A DNA stretch of 64,000 nucleotides, from positions 28,086,001-28,150,000 of the forward strand of contig OX597817.1 in NCBI GenBank assembly GCA_951406725.2. The letters are read 5' to 3'. Every line of letters starts with the position of its first letter. The stretch's first letter is position 1. The notes under the pieces were generated by a model. It saw only the letters and a program-made list of their open reading frames with translations, was not told the DNA's origin and searched no databases. This DNA comes from Octopus vulgaris (taxonomy: Eukaryota). This document shows positions 14,563 through 26,740 of this stretch, piece after piece. The translations under genes and the position numbers were made by a program.

Positions 14563-15964
14563 TTCAACTTCTATTTTCTTTATTAAAAACTACATTATCC
14601 GATGCACCCTTCTTGCATAAAGGTTGGTATAATACAACTTTATAAGAAATTCATTTAACAGAATTGCTTAGGAATCGACCTAACGTCGGACAGTATTTAG
14701 TTATCTTCCCTTAGGCTACTGTTTCGTTGATCAGTATCTTATGTTCAGAGAAATAAGTATTCCTGTTAGAATTAATGCATTGCTTCATTCATTATATTTT
14801 TTGTCTATTATATTTCAATTGCCTTGCATAAGATATCAATCAGAAAAACGCAATTTATCAAAATGTCACCAAAAGTCAGAAATTTCAACTCGTGCTTCTA
14901 CACAATAGGTATGTATCAACGTTTAAACTGGCTTACTATACGTTATTTTCTTCAATTTTTAATGTGTTTCGGAACATCTTATAGGATTTATCTAAATGCT
15001 ATTAACTATTTCTAAATAGATTTTTAAATTCTGTGATTATTTCATCTCACCTACACAACATACAGATTTGTCTGTTTTTTCCCCCTTTTTTCTTGAGAGC
15101 AATTTGTAAAGATCTCTGATTTTAATATCTTAAGGGAATTAATTCTGTGGTAGGAGAAATAAATAAGTAAATATAAAAAAATACCTGTTTGTGATATCGA
15201 TCGGTGAAAAGAACTTATGAAAGTTTTCAATTGCTGGCAATTTTGTACGTTGGCGAATTTCGTTTAACTCTCAACTACCTAATTCTAGTGGTCAGGGAAT
15301 ATTAGCTTATATTCGGTAAATTCTATATACGTTAATTCGATCTGATAAATCTAATCTCTATCAGATCAACAGGTAAATGACATCAAATGTTTTTTTGGTG
15401 TGTGTATGTGTGAGATCGATGAGTATTTCAGAAAACACGTTATTTAGTTTGTAGTTAAATGATTTAATCATCTACCAAGAAAATCCTAGAAATAATTGAA
15501 CAAATATCTCGATGAGCTTAAATAAGTAGCCAAAGGAATAAAATGCATCAATATGATTTATAAATGCGATTGAAAAGTTCCCCTTGACTATTTTGATTTA
15601 ATGATGAGGTTTTGCAGATGTTAAAGAACTGTAGCGTCCCGGAATAAATTTATCTACTTTTGATTTATTTTTTTATCTCCGAATATTTAAACAATATCCA
15701 TTCCTCTTTAACAACAGCAAAGAATTTATTCCATGTTGTTTACCATTTTCGGATAAATATGCGACCCTTTTAAACTAACACAAGCACACACAATTAGTGC
15801 CTTTCTTATATGTATACCAATGTCAATACTGACGTTACTGATTGCAATCTCTTCTACGATCTTGGCCAGACTTAGGGCACTTACACCTTGCTTCGGGCTG
15901 TTTCTTCTCCTGCCAATCAAAATTGTTCTTTTGGTAAAAATACATAATTGGAGAAATGTTTGTC

Positions 15965-16100
15965 AACCTAAATTCACCCGTATTGCATGGGTCGACTCAA
16001 AGGCATAGTAAAAAGGCATTTGTCCAAGATGCCATACAGTGAAGTTGAATCCTCAATCTTGTAATTCAGAGGTGCGCTTCTTAACCATTCAACTATGCTT
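15965..16100 (-). mobile_element. Old degenerate SINE related to the family A 5' half
   Basis: Reverse complement reads TGGTTAAG..GGATTCAACTTCACTGTATGGCATCTTGGACAAATGCC..TACTAT. Confidence 0.6.
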
Positions 16101-17242
16101 TGTCTATCGATGTTTCGAATTTAAGTGCGCTGAACATTTAGTTGCTCAGCGTTTCGTAATCGAAGATATCTATTAGTGGATGTTCAGCTTTATTGACATT
16201 GAACGAGACGACGACAGGTTACATTTACTGAATGAAGTGGATACAATTAGAAATCGAAATCGAATCGCGGTCTTAAATTGCCGAGAATTTTTCCTACATC
16301 TTTAAATAACATTTTTAGTTTAATGTTTACAATATCTTCTAATAATAGCGATTGCTTATATTAGCATAAAATCACGAGTTTGACGATGAGTGAAGAAGTG
16401 TATAATCCATTTAGTCAGTCTTGCATATGACATTTATTTTATTGATCCCAGGATAACAAACGGCATACGCAAGGGGTTTATCTTAACTGTGAATGATAAA
16501 CAAAGCGTTGTACAACATTTGATCTAATACTCTGCTTTTCTGCAACGCAGTCGATAAATATCGAACGTATTAACGCTATCACGTATACCCAGAATTAGCG
16601 ATTTCTTTCGTATAACGATTAGATTTGGTCCTTATGTTATTGATTGCAATTCCTTCTGCAGACCTTGTTCACAGGAGAAGTACGGGAATCTTGTTTAAAG
16701 TTATTTTCAACATTACGGTGTAATTTTCAGCATGTGAATGAAAGCGAATCTGCAGGGTAGTGGGACTAAATTTCGTATGGTATATAATAGCAACGTAACT
16801 TTAAAGTCTTCTTGACTTGCCATCTCTTCGAGATCGACATAATAATTGTCGATGTTACTAAAGTTACAGTATACGGTTGTTTTTGGTTGAATACATCTGA
16901 GTAATGTTATCTCACACTGTTGCAATTGTTGATCACATTGGTTCCAGTGTAACAGAAGTATCTGTTTTATTATGCGTAGTTGGATTAAGGTGACACTCAG
17001 AACTTAGAAGGCGCTTTAAATTTTTGAACATACCATTATTATCGTAAACCAGAATAATAATAAATAGCACTATTCAAAATGCTGGTAATGTTTAGATCTG
17101 ATACACATCTGCTTTCTATATGTATCTTTTAATAGTTTTGCAAATAGTTTGCTGACTCTCTCAACCTAATACTTAATTCTGTATACCTAAATCTTGAATT
17201 ATGTAAAATAAATGGATATGTTTAATCTGAGTTGGTCTAAAA

Positions 17243-17306
17243 TAAATCCTTAAATCCTTAAAAATGTTTTAGCCCGAAGGCCGCGGCCATGCTGCGGCAC
17301 CACCGC
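17243..17306 (-). mobile_element. Short 3'-end retroposon fragment with (ATTTAAGG)n tail; second copy at 30030-30090
   Basis: CGGTGGTGCCGCAGCATGGCCGCGGCCTTCGGGCTAAAACATTTT on the minus strand. It shares GGTGC..CAGCATGGCCGC with the SINE A 3' part. Confidence 0.65.
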
Positions 17307-18290
17307 TGTATAATGTAAATGTAAAATAAATGGATATATTTAATCTGAGTTGATTTAAATGCAAGTAATACAAGTATTCCTCTCTCAGTTTTGTTTCAAA
17401 GAAATAGCTATTTCACTGAAATTGTCCTTAATTTTCTTAACAAAGTTCTATAATGAAACATGCTAAATACGTGTTGCTGCACACATTGGTGTATACTAAT
17501 GACTGCAAATATTTAGAATAATTGATATTTACGTCTATATCATTAGTGTTTAAAATGAATAAGTTGTTGTGAGAATTGGTCAGTTATTTGTATCTAAACA
17601 CAATGGAATGTGTCCTCTTTACTTCGCTTGCTAAATTTGAAAGCCGACAATTCTTTAAACCCAACGAATTTTTCTTTGTATTATATATATTCTAAATCCA
17701 TATGATGTTTTTTGTCTCTTTTCTTTTTTTGCTCTTGTTTTTCATTATCTGTAATCTTTTTTTTTTTCTGAAACAAGTCACATGTCAATGCTTCATTGCC
17801 TCCATATTTACTGTCGGTAAAACAGACACTACCGAAATATAATATTCTCTTTAGATTTTAAAACTTCTTCAACAAAAGCTAATTCCACAAGAAACAATGT
17901 AATAGGATATAAGACTTCAGACAAAATCAAAATTAATGATAAAAAAGAAAATTCGAGAAGAAAAGAACAACACGGTAATGTTTTGAGAACGTGAACAAAA
18001 GATATTTCTTTTTAATTTATTTTTTTCCTTTTATGTCGCGTATTGCGACAATCTTTTTTTAACTTCACATTATACCGTTGTGCGAAGTATTCTCACAGAT
18101 AAAAAATAACGTAAGAGAGAGCAGAAACAAAAATTTAAGTAAACTGCAATTAATATTTACCTATGAAGGGTGTACATTGAAAAACATTTTGTACACACAA
18201 CATTACACGACGTTGTGACCACTATGAGATATATGAGGATTTTACAGGTTTTGTTTCAAGACCAATGTTTTTCTGACCTGCAATACACAC

Positions 18291-18328
<38 letters not shown>

Positions 18329-18447
18329 AAAAATAGGATAAAATCTTCATAATAATTTATCAAGTAGTTAACGTGAAAAACCCCATATGAGAAAAAATCC
18401 ACCAATTTTTTCACTTCAATATATTTATTTATATTATGCAGTAATAA

Positions 18448-18552
18448 TATGTTCGTCTGGTATGTCGATTTTTCTTCATTCATTTGCTTGTCTGGTATGT
18501 TGGTTTGTTCATTTATATGTTCGTCTTGTATGTTGATTTTGTTCATTCATTA
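18448..18552. repeat. ~35-bp tandem repeat, 3 units
   Basis: Units like ATGTTCGTCTGGTATGTTGATTTTGTTCATTCATT, immediately upstream of the hammerhead. Confidence 0.75.
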
Positions 18553-18560
18553 TAAATCTT

Positions 18561-18640
18561 GAATTATGCTTGCACTGATGAGTAAAGAGTACAGACCACT
18601 GCACTGATTACGAAATCACAGGTGATTTGCAGCTGAATTC
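18561..18640 (+). ncRNA. Type I hammerhead ribozyme candidate
   Basis: Stem I TGCA/TGCA (extended by GC/GC and GAATT/AATTC), core CTGATGA at 18575-18581, stem II GTAA..AGT-CAG-ACCA-CTG-ACT..TTAC, GAAA at 18612-18615, stem III TCAC/GTGA, cleavage triplet AUU. Confidence 0.75.
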
Positions 18641-18757
18641 TGTTTTTAAATGACTTACTTCGAGTACGATATGTTTATTTATTTTAGTAGTTTTGACTTT
18701 AAGAGTCCCTCCTAGCGTGTGGCATTTATGTGTAATAATGCCCTCTATATGATATAA

Positions 18758-18809
<52 letters not shown>

Positions 18810-18812
<3 letters not shown>

Positions 18813-19100
18813 AGAGTTATGGAATGAAGTAGGAACGATCCGGGTTGCATATATTTCGTAGCGAGGAGAACCTCAGAAGTGGTAAAATCCAAGTGTAGTG
18901 TATCAGATTTTGATTGAAACTTCCTTGAGTCTACATGTACCACTTTGCGACAATGTAACCTTTAATCTAATGAAGATATACTTGGCATGAACAGTAGTCG
19001 GCAGTATACACCTCACTTGGATTTTACCACTTCTGAGGTTACGCTCGCTATGAAACATATGTAGCTCGAATTTTTCCTACTCCATTCTGTAACTCTTGTA
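18810..19100. mobile_element. MITE/fold-back element with ~95-bp imperfect TIRs
   Basis: AAGAGTTATGGAATG..AACCTCAGAAGTGGTAAAATCCAAGTG and its reverse complement CACTTGGATTTTACCACTTCTGAGGTT..CATTCTGTAACTCTT. Confidence 0.8.
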
Positions 19101-19411
19101 TTCTTATTCGCACACCCGACAAACCTGGTTGCGTATTGTGGATTATAAAATGAACTTTTTACAGTTTATTGTTCTTTGATACGAAAATATCCCTCTTAAT
19201 AAATCTGAAAGCTGATTTTGTTATATTTACTACGGATTGCTTGAAACTAACTTTCTTCCTACACATGGATCCTGGGATGTTATGTGTGTGTGTGTGTGTG
19301 TGTGTGTGTAATTGAATTTCGCTCATATACGTGTCATGTGTTGGTGCCTATTTTGCATCGCAAGTAGTGTTTATGCCTTATCCTTATATCTAGTAATTCC
19401 TATGGAACGTA

Positions 19412-20703
19412 CAGGGGCGACCTGGTCTAGTTGTTACACTTTTTCATTTTTTTGCCTTTGTACCCACATAAATGAACACAACTGAAGTTTCTTTTCAGAT
19501 TTAATTAGTAAAACATCTCTATTTATTGTTATCACCAGCAAAAAACAGAAATTACGTAACATTAATTAGACAGGTTCTAATTAATGAGGTGGTTTCAGCT
19601 GTAATAATTTTCCCCGAGTGCGGGGTACGTTGTGACACTTACTGGGGTATTTTGTTACAACTGTCGATAAATCGGAATTATGTTAACAAACAAGTTTCAA
19701 ATGAATACGTCTCCTGCTTCTTGCCTCTATGAAGTATTATTTTAATTAATTAACTGTGCTTTGAGCCACCTCATAACCTAACTGTGATACTGAGAGTCCT
19801 CATCAGCGAATTTCCCATTGTTACATGTGCCATTTAGTTGGAATCGTCCTCCATTATCTTCTCACCACACAGATCACACAGAAAGTCATGTCGTCCATCG
19901 TTACAGTCAGTGTGTGCCCAGTCTTTACAGATCATGCATTGCACCCATTCTTCACCTAGAAGGGAGTTGGAATACCAATCTGAGCAGACAAAGCATTTCT
20001 AATCGGCGACTTGCTTGCTGCAAGGCTGCTTCTCTTTGCCTTTATCTGTTTTAGTTGACTTCCCTTCTCCTTCGTTGCCTTTTCTGTACCTGTTGCCTTC
20101 TTTGGGTTGGATTTCCGTTCGTTTATTTCATCCTCTATGCGCTGTTTTACGGCAAAATCTCTTAATGATTTTTTTTCATCCACAACTTTTCTGGCAGCTC
20201 TTTCCATGGCATCAGGGGGGTATCCACCTTGTAGTCTTCCTGTTGTAATTTCTAGGCATGTCATGTTAAACTGAAGTAGAAGGGGTAAATTGTTACATTC
20301 CTGGGGCAAGTTGATACACTGTAACATTTATTCCCGTCCATGGATTTCTGGGAATTACTTCGTACACAGCACTAGCAATGCATGGCATCTAGGACACACC
20401 TTCATGTATCGAAGGCAACTTCCAACACTTCCTAATGAGCCACAAACTACTTCAGTAACACCAATTGAGTTTCAGTAGTTAAGGAAATAACTTTGTGGCA
20501 AAATTTCACTTCTAGGGTAAAAAATCGTTTTTGAGCCATACCTTTCCTGGTGACAGATCACCAGTGCAATACACATGTGCAGTCATGATACTATGGAGTT
20601 GACCTTCATGAGGTAAAGACCCGAGTGCCACCTATTTATTGAAGTTGGAAACAATGGCCTTGTAACAACTTACCCGTGTAACAACTAGACCCGGTCTCCC
20701 CTA
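19412..20703 (-). mobile_element. Internally deleted pogo-type (Tc1/mariner superfamily) DNA transposon
   Basis: TIRs CAGGGGCGACCTGGTCTAGTTGTTACAC and GTGTAACAACTAGACCCGGTCTCCCCTA, with TA flanks and a transposase relic inside. Confidence 0.85.
19834..20259 (-). pseudogene. Transposase relic: N-terminal HTH (pipsqueak-like) start joined to a basic linker and C-terminal PHD finger; DDE domain missing
   Basis: MPRNYNRKTTR, frameshift, then PPDAMERAARKVVDEKKSLRDFA. After another frameshift: CFVCSDWYSNSLLGEEWVQCMICKDWAHTDCNDGRHDFLCDLC, a C4HC3 pattern, then stop. Confidence 0.8.
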
Positions 20704-21209
20704 TATTTTTAGCGTTGTTGGCACCCTTATGTATAATTACTTCCAAGATGTCTTTCTGCTTTTGTATGTAAAGTATTGCGTTGCTGAATGGATGATTAAT
20801 CTTTGATTTGAAGAGCAAGCTGTTCTTATCTGTATTATCTTATAAATTGTGCAATAGTACTATATAATTTATAACATATACGCTATCACAGAACTGTAAG
20901 GTAATTTATGATATATTAAAATAAATTATTTTTCTAAGATGACTCCCGCAAAACGAACATGATCGTGTGGATATCAACTGGTGAAATATATAAACATATT
21001 CATATCATATCTACATTTTCTCTTAATATCTCATATGCTATAAAAGGAAATAATCATTAATAACTGCATTTACAGAATTTAATCTGCTTTCGACTATACT
21101 TTACACCCATTTTGTTTTGGTTTACTATGTGGTTCGTAGCATGATCCACTAAAGACCATTTTTGTGAGTTTCATCAGATTGGTTAAATCCATATATTGTG
21201 TATATATAT

Positions 21210-21565
21210 ATATGGGGAGAATTCACGAAAAAAACAAAAGACGAAGATAGGTGGTGTAGACAACAAATAGATGTATTATTATAACGGTGGGGAAGTGAAA
21301 AAGTCTTTAACGTTTCGAGCCTACGCTCGTTCCACACAAAGGAACACAGAAAGAAACAGAGAGAGGAAATAAAGAATGTGTAGTGGCTAGCGATCTAAGG
21401 AAAATAAGACAAGGTAGAAAATGCTAAAATAATTTTATCATGAAGAACATTTTAGTACCGTTTTCAGTCTTTGTGACTTTTTTCAAATTAGAGTAAAGCA
21501 TTAAAAACAATTAAATCGTGGAAAAATTAAATGAAATGTTTTTTTTTAATATTTCCATAGTTTTC
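21210..21565 (-). mobile_element. Penelope pLTR-like non-coding segments with two degenerate minimal hammerhead motifs
   Basis: Minus strand GTGTGGA-AC-GAGC-GTAG-GCTC-GAAACGTT (~21305-21342) and TTGAAAA-A-AGTC-ACAAA-GACT-GAAAACGGTA (~21453-21490). A fragment of the first family recurs at 35101-35160. Confidence 0.55.
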
Positions 21566-21985
21566 AAATGCAAGGGTATATGCGTCAAGCTAATTGAGGA
21601 ATCAGTGTTCTCTTTCAAACAAGATCAACTTTTCATGGTGAAAAGCAACTTCACATGTACTTCGGACAACCTGATATATGTATTAACCTGCACGGTGTGT
21701 CAAGAGCAATACATAGGCCAAAGCAAAAACAGTCTCCGTCAAAGGATGGCTCTGCACAGATCCCAGATCAAAATTCCGAAAAACAGAAAAATAGCATTCG
21801 GCAAACACTTCGACATTTGCGCCAATAACAAACAACTCAGCTTCAGAATTTTTCCCCTCTATCAATTCAGAGACGATACAAATTGTAGTCAGCTCATCAG
21901 TGAAGAGTCACACTTTATCACAAAATATGAACCCCTTTTGAATGCATCCACCACAAATGACACTATCACCAGAACCTTAGAATAA
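21566..21985 (+). mobile_element. Penelope-like element 3' fragment with open GIY-YIG endonuclease domain
   Basis: CKGIC..NFTCTSDNLIYVLTCTVCQEQYIGQSKNSLRQRMALHRSQI..GKHF..EESHFITKYEPLLN, uninterrupted within ORF 21518-21985. Confidence 0.9.
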
Positions 21986-23404
21986 CACCCACGCAAATAT
22001 TAAAAACGATATATTCAAAACAGTCACTTCACATGAATTTATTCAGAACAATTCCAATCACTTTTAGGTCACTTGACCATTTAAGAGGATTCCATTAATA
22101 TCCTGCTACTGTTATACCACTCCCGCATTCTTCTTCTTCTTCTTCTTCTTCTTCTTCTTCTTCTTCTTCTTCTTCTTCTTCTTCTCCTTCTTCAAACTAG
22201 CTGATGCCAACTACATAGAACTCTCTTTCTCTCTTCTCTCTCTCTCTCTCTTCTCTCTCTCTTTCTCTCCCTTTCATTCTTTTACTTTCTGTCATATTCT
22301 TTTCACTTTTCTTTCTCACTCTTACGCTGAGCTTTGTGAATTGTGTCCCTTTTGTGAATGGCTCAAAATTTCGATAAAATAAGTAACAACATTCTCCAGG
22401 TTTCAGGGTTCTAAAACAGAGAAATGTAAGGAAGTTATATTAGGCAGATAGGGTTGTGTTTCAGAGCATGCTATTTAATACATTTCACCGTTATGTTGAA
22501 CTGTTTCCATACAATTTAAGTGAAACACAGACGTAAAGTCTAGGAGACTTTTAATTTATAAATTTTTTAGAATGTTTAGAATAGCATCTACATAATATTT
22601 TATGGATGCTATTTCATGTTTTATAGAAGCTTTATACAGTGAGCAAAGTAATAAAACATATACAAATATAAATGTAAATATATTGCATTAACACAAATAC
22701 TCAGAAACGTAAGAAATTACAACAGAGACTAAAAGAACATGGAAAATTAGAAATCTACAAGATGTTATGTGATAGCAATCAAGAAACAGCGAGAAAATAT
22801 GAGAAGTTTAATATAGTGTGAGAAAATTGAAAAAAAAAATGGAAAAATAAATAAATATATCCAAATAAAAAAAAAACGGGGTGACTACTCATCAACGACA
22901 TGCTAAAAATAATAAATATACCAAATAAGTATTTTCTGAAACAAGCTATGGAGAGTAATTAGCTTAAGAACAATTGGCAATTGATGATTACTTAAAAAGC
23001 CAGGCAGGTTAGTTTTCATAATCAAGTAGAAAGTTATTTTTCTCACACAATTTTCCAACGGCTACAATACCTAATTATTTAGGACGACACAAAAAAAAAT
23101 ATATGATGCTTAGCAATATTGTACATTACGATAATATACAAGACTAAAGTATCGAAATTGATACAGTCGCGAAAACTTTTCGAACTGTATTTTATGGTGG
23201 TAGATGTTTGATAATATCATGGGGATAAAATGAGTAGTTGAGTAAAGAAAAACGAATTGCAACCAGAGTCACAGTGACCGAGAATTCGCATGCATATCAC
23301 AGCTTTCCCTAAGAGATTTCATATCGTCAAACTCCAGACGTGAGAGATAGAGAAAAAGAATCACATCAATCATGATTATATCTTCATATGTTATATGTAT
23401 TAAA

Positions 23405-23636
23405 AGGCGGCGAGCTGGCAGAAACGTTAGCATGCCGGGCGAAATGCTTAGCGGTATTTCGTCTGCTGTTACGTTCTGAGTTCAAATTCCGTCGAGGTCG
23501 ACTTTGCCTTTCATCCTTTCGGGGTCGATAAATAAAGTACCAGTTACGCACTGGGGTCAATGTAATTGACTTAATCCCTTTGTCTGTTCTTGTTTGTCCC
23601 CTCTATGTTTAGCTCCTTGTGGGCAGTAAAGAAATA
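23405..23636 (+). mobile_element. SINE family B, full monomer
   Basis: GGCGGCGAGCTGGCAGAA..GAGTTCAAATTCC..GCCTTTCATCCTTTCGGGGTCGATAAA..AAAGAAATA. 19-bp TSD ATATGTTATATGTATTAAA. Confidence 0.92.
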
Positions 23637-24621
23637 ATATGTTATATGTATTAAATACAATATACATTCTTTTCATATTATCTTGTTAACTCTTGGCATG
23701 TATACAATGAAAGTTGTACCAATGTTTACTTATCGGCTGAGCAATGCATAAATTAGAGATCACATCGCAGAGTAACGCATAATTGAGCCATCGAACTGTT
23801 AAACAGCATCTAGACTTCTTTTCTTAAAGTTTGGAACGCGAATTGTTTCTGCTCTTAGCAAAGCTTTTTATGTGGATGATCTCTATAAAATTATTCAAAT
23901 TCTAAATAATTGAAATCTACAAGAATGTAGAGTCATTGAATGATTCATACATTGCTCCTTTGGCAAGCTCAGCAAAGACTCTATGTCGCAGAAGAGAATG
24001 GACAATGACCGAAACATATGCGGTTCTAAGTTCTAAGTTCATATCTTCTGGATCACTTTGTTTCTCTTCCATCCAGATTAAAGTATCTGATTTGAGTTCA
24101 TGGACAAAACATTTTCTTTACAAATTTCTGGCTTTTGGTTCTCCTAGAAATTATTCAGGGCGGCCAACCGGCAGAATCATTACATCATCGAAAAAATTAC
24201 TTGAAATATTTCCTCCGAATCTTTATGTCCTGAGCTTAAAATCTGTCGTGGATATCATTGTTTTTCAATCTTTCGGGTATTACTATTATTTTACTTCTCA
24301 GAGATCTCAGTCTTACTGGCTTTGGTTGATTCTGTGAGAACGGATACCAACCTGTTGTCTGGGGTGGCATAGGGTCTCTCCCTGCAAATTATAAGTTTCG
24401 ATATCTGGACGTAAACCTATCGTGGTAGACACTTAGCAACTAAGCAGCAATCTCAAAATCCTAGCTCTCCCCAATAGAGCAACTTTTTTGAACCTGCTCT
24501 GCTCTCATGCCAATTCCAATTTGTCCGACATATGTTATGATTCGAATGCCCTCGTTATAGCGCGCCAAAATCTCCGGAAACAAATACTGCATAAAAAATT
24601 TACTGCAGTATAATTAAAATC

Positions 24622-25126
24622 AAAAATAAGGGTGAAAAAATTGGATATTAATTTAATAATACCATCAATTAAATACCAAGTGGTTTAGCGCATAAAAACC
24701 AGGGATACTGCGAATATAATTGACTGAACCACACGTGTGTTTGACGTTATGTTAAAATCTGGCGTGGGGTTCAGTAAATTGTATTCAAGACAAATTCTAC
24801 TGAAGAGATACAGATATATTATGTAAGTGAAATTGCATAATCCATTAATAGCGAAACAATTGACTAGAATTAATCTACATTTTTGTTATTTTTCATTTGT
24901 CCTGCTCGTTTACGTTCATAGTTGTGCTAATTCTCCTTGGAAACAATTCTTGGTCGTTGAGACCATAGCGGATCTATTTTTAGCGCAAGAGTCGACGACA
25001 TAGTGGACACTCTCTTAAATTTGTGTATTAATTTTTACTGTATCCCTGGTTTTTATGCGCTAAACCACTTGGTATTAAATTGATGGTATTATTAAATTAA
25101 TATCCAATTTTTTCACCCTTATTTTT
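24622..25126. mobile_element. Non-coding element with ~87-bp near-perfect inverted repeats
   Basis: 24622-24708 is almost exactly the reverse complement of 25040-25126. Confidence 0.85.
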
Positions 25127-25286
25127 TTTTTTATATGATATATTTATATATTACAAACTTTTTAAAATTCTAAATAGATATAAATGAGTATATGAAGATT
25201 TGTATGTGTTTGGTCTATCTGTGGATTTTGTGGTGTTCCTGTGTTTGTTGCTCGCAGTGCCTCCCCTAGGATAAAAAAGTGTAATC

Positions 25287-25461
25287 ATATATATATATAT
25301 ACATATATATATGTATGTATATATATGTCTATATAATCATATATACATATATATATGTGTATGTATGCATATATATATGTGTGTGTATATATGTATATAT
25401 ATATATATATATGTGTGTATATATATATATACACATATGTGTATATATATATACACATGTG

Positions 25462-25499
<38 letters not shown>

Positions 25500-25545
25500 C
25501 ACACACATGTGTATATGTATATGTAGGTATGTATACGTATATATC
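25287..25545. repeat. TA/TG-rich microsatellite
   Basis: Direct reading. Confidence 0.95.
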
Positions 25546-26429
25546 AACTGAATTCACAGATGTTAAATCAAAAATCAATTGAATAATTGTCTGCTGATGC
25601 AAAGATGTTTTCTGTCGAATTGTTTAAAAATTCCCATGCGCAAGAACTTTGTTAGCACAAAGATGTTTATCAAATTGAATCGTCCCACTGAGGACGAAAC
25701 CTTACTTCATTAGTATTCTGCAGTTGCATATCACATTGTTAATAATGTCCTCCGACGATTTTGTAAACCTATATTTCAATAGTTTCAATTGCTTGAATCT
25801 CGTTAACGTTACACAACTCACATCTACAGCCATTCAATACATCTTGTTGTCTTTCATCCTCACACACGCTATTTTTTCAAATTATAAGATTGTGTACTTA
25901 ACACTTTATTCAGTATTTTCTCCGCATTAAGTTACAGATTCATAATGATCCACAAATTCAATATTTCCGATGTCATTCAATTTTTAAATCGCAAAACATC
26001 ATTACTTCATTTTGTGTCTGTCTTCTTGAGTGAATAAGAGATCTATTTTTGCTAAGTAGGATGCCGTTCTGCATTTTTCATGGAAGTAAATTGAAAGCCA
26101 ATGAACTAGATAGTTTCCTCTTTTCTCAATCTCATTAACCTCATTGTTATTAGACTCCATTTTTTTATTGCTGGTTCTTTGCCGACTGCTTGAGAGGGAC
26201 TTATGATGTTTACAGAACTGAGTAACAACCCATTATCAATAGAGCTATGTACCCTAAGGATCTTAACCATGAGCTCTATGCAGTACTGGTAAAAGGATAC
26301 TAAATGTTACTTTAATCAGTGGCATGCAATATTTGCTGTGTCATACAATATTTTCAGGGTGGCAAATGGACAGAAGAAACAGAGTACTAGACAAAATTCT
26401 GCGCAGTATTTAGTCACGTCTCTTAATAA

Positions 26430-26740
26430 TTTTTTTTATGCGCCCTTTGCAAGCCTAGCTAGGCTCATGGGCCCGGGTTCCCGGTTTCTATGGCATATGT
26501 GTTTCCCCCCAGCTGGACGGGACGCCAGTCCATCGCAGCGTTACTCAAGAAACAGGTAGAAAGACTGAGAGAAAGTTGGAGCGAAAGAGTACAACAGGGG
26601 TCGCCACCACCCCTGCCGGAGCCTCGTGGAGCTTTAGGTGTTTTCGCTCAATAAACACACACAACGCCCGGTCTGGGAATTGAAACCGCGATCCTCCGAC
26701 CGCGAGTCTGCTGCCCTAACCACTGGGACATTGCGCCTCC
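26430..26740 (-). mobile_element. SINE family C
   Basis: Head GGAGGCGCAATGTCCCAGTGGTTAGGGCAGC on the minus strand. Nearly identical to 45624-45956. Confidence 0.9.

Noticed and set aside
19785-19810. CTGATGAGGAC on the minus strand as a hammerhead
   Set aside because: No closing stem II and no GAAA box.
21518-21985. 155-aa ORF as a stand-alone host nuclease gene
   Set aside because: It has a GTG start, an N-terminus read through from flanking repeat and no RT. It is better explained as a 5'-truncated Penelope copy.
25675-25710. GTCC-CACTGA-GGAC-GAAAC hairpin resembling hammerhead stem II
   Set aside because: No CUGANGA in register upstream and no stems I or III.
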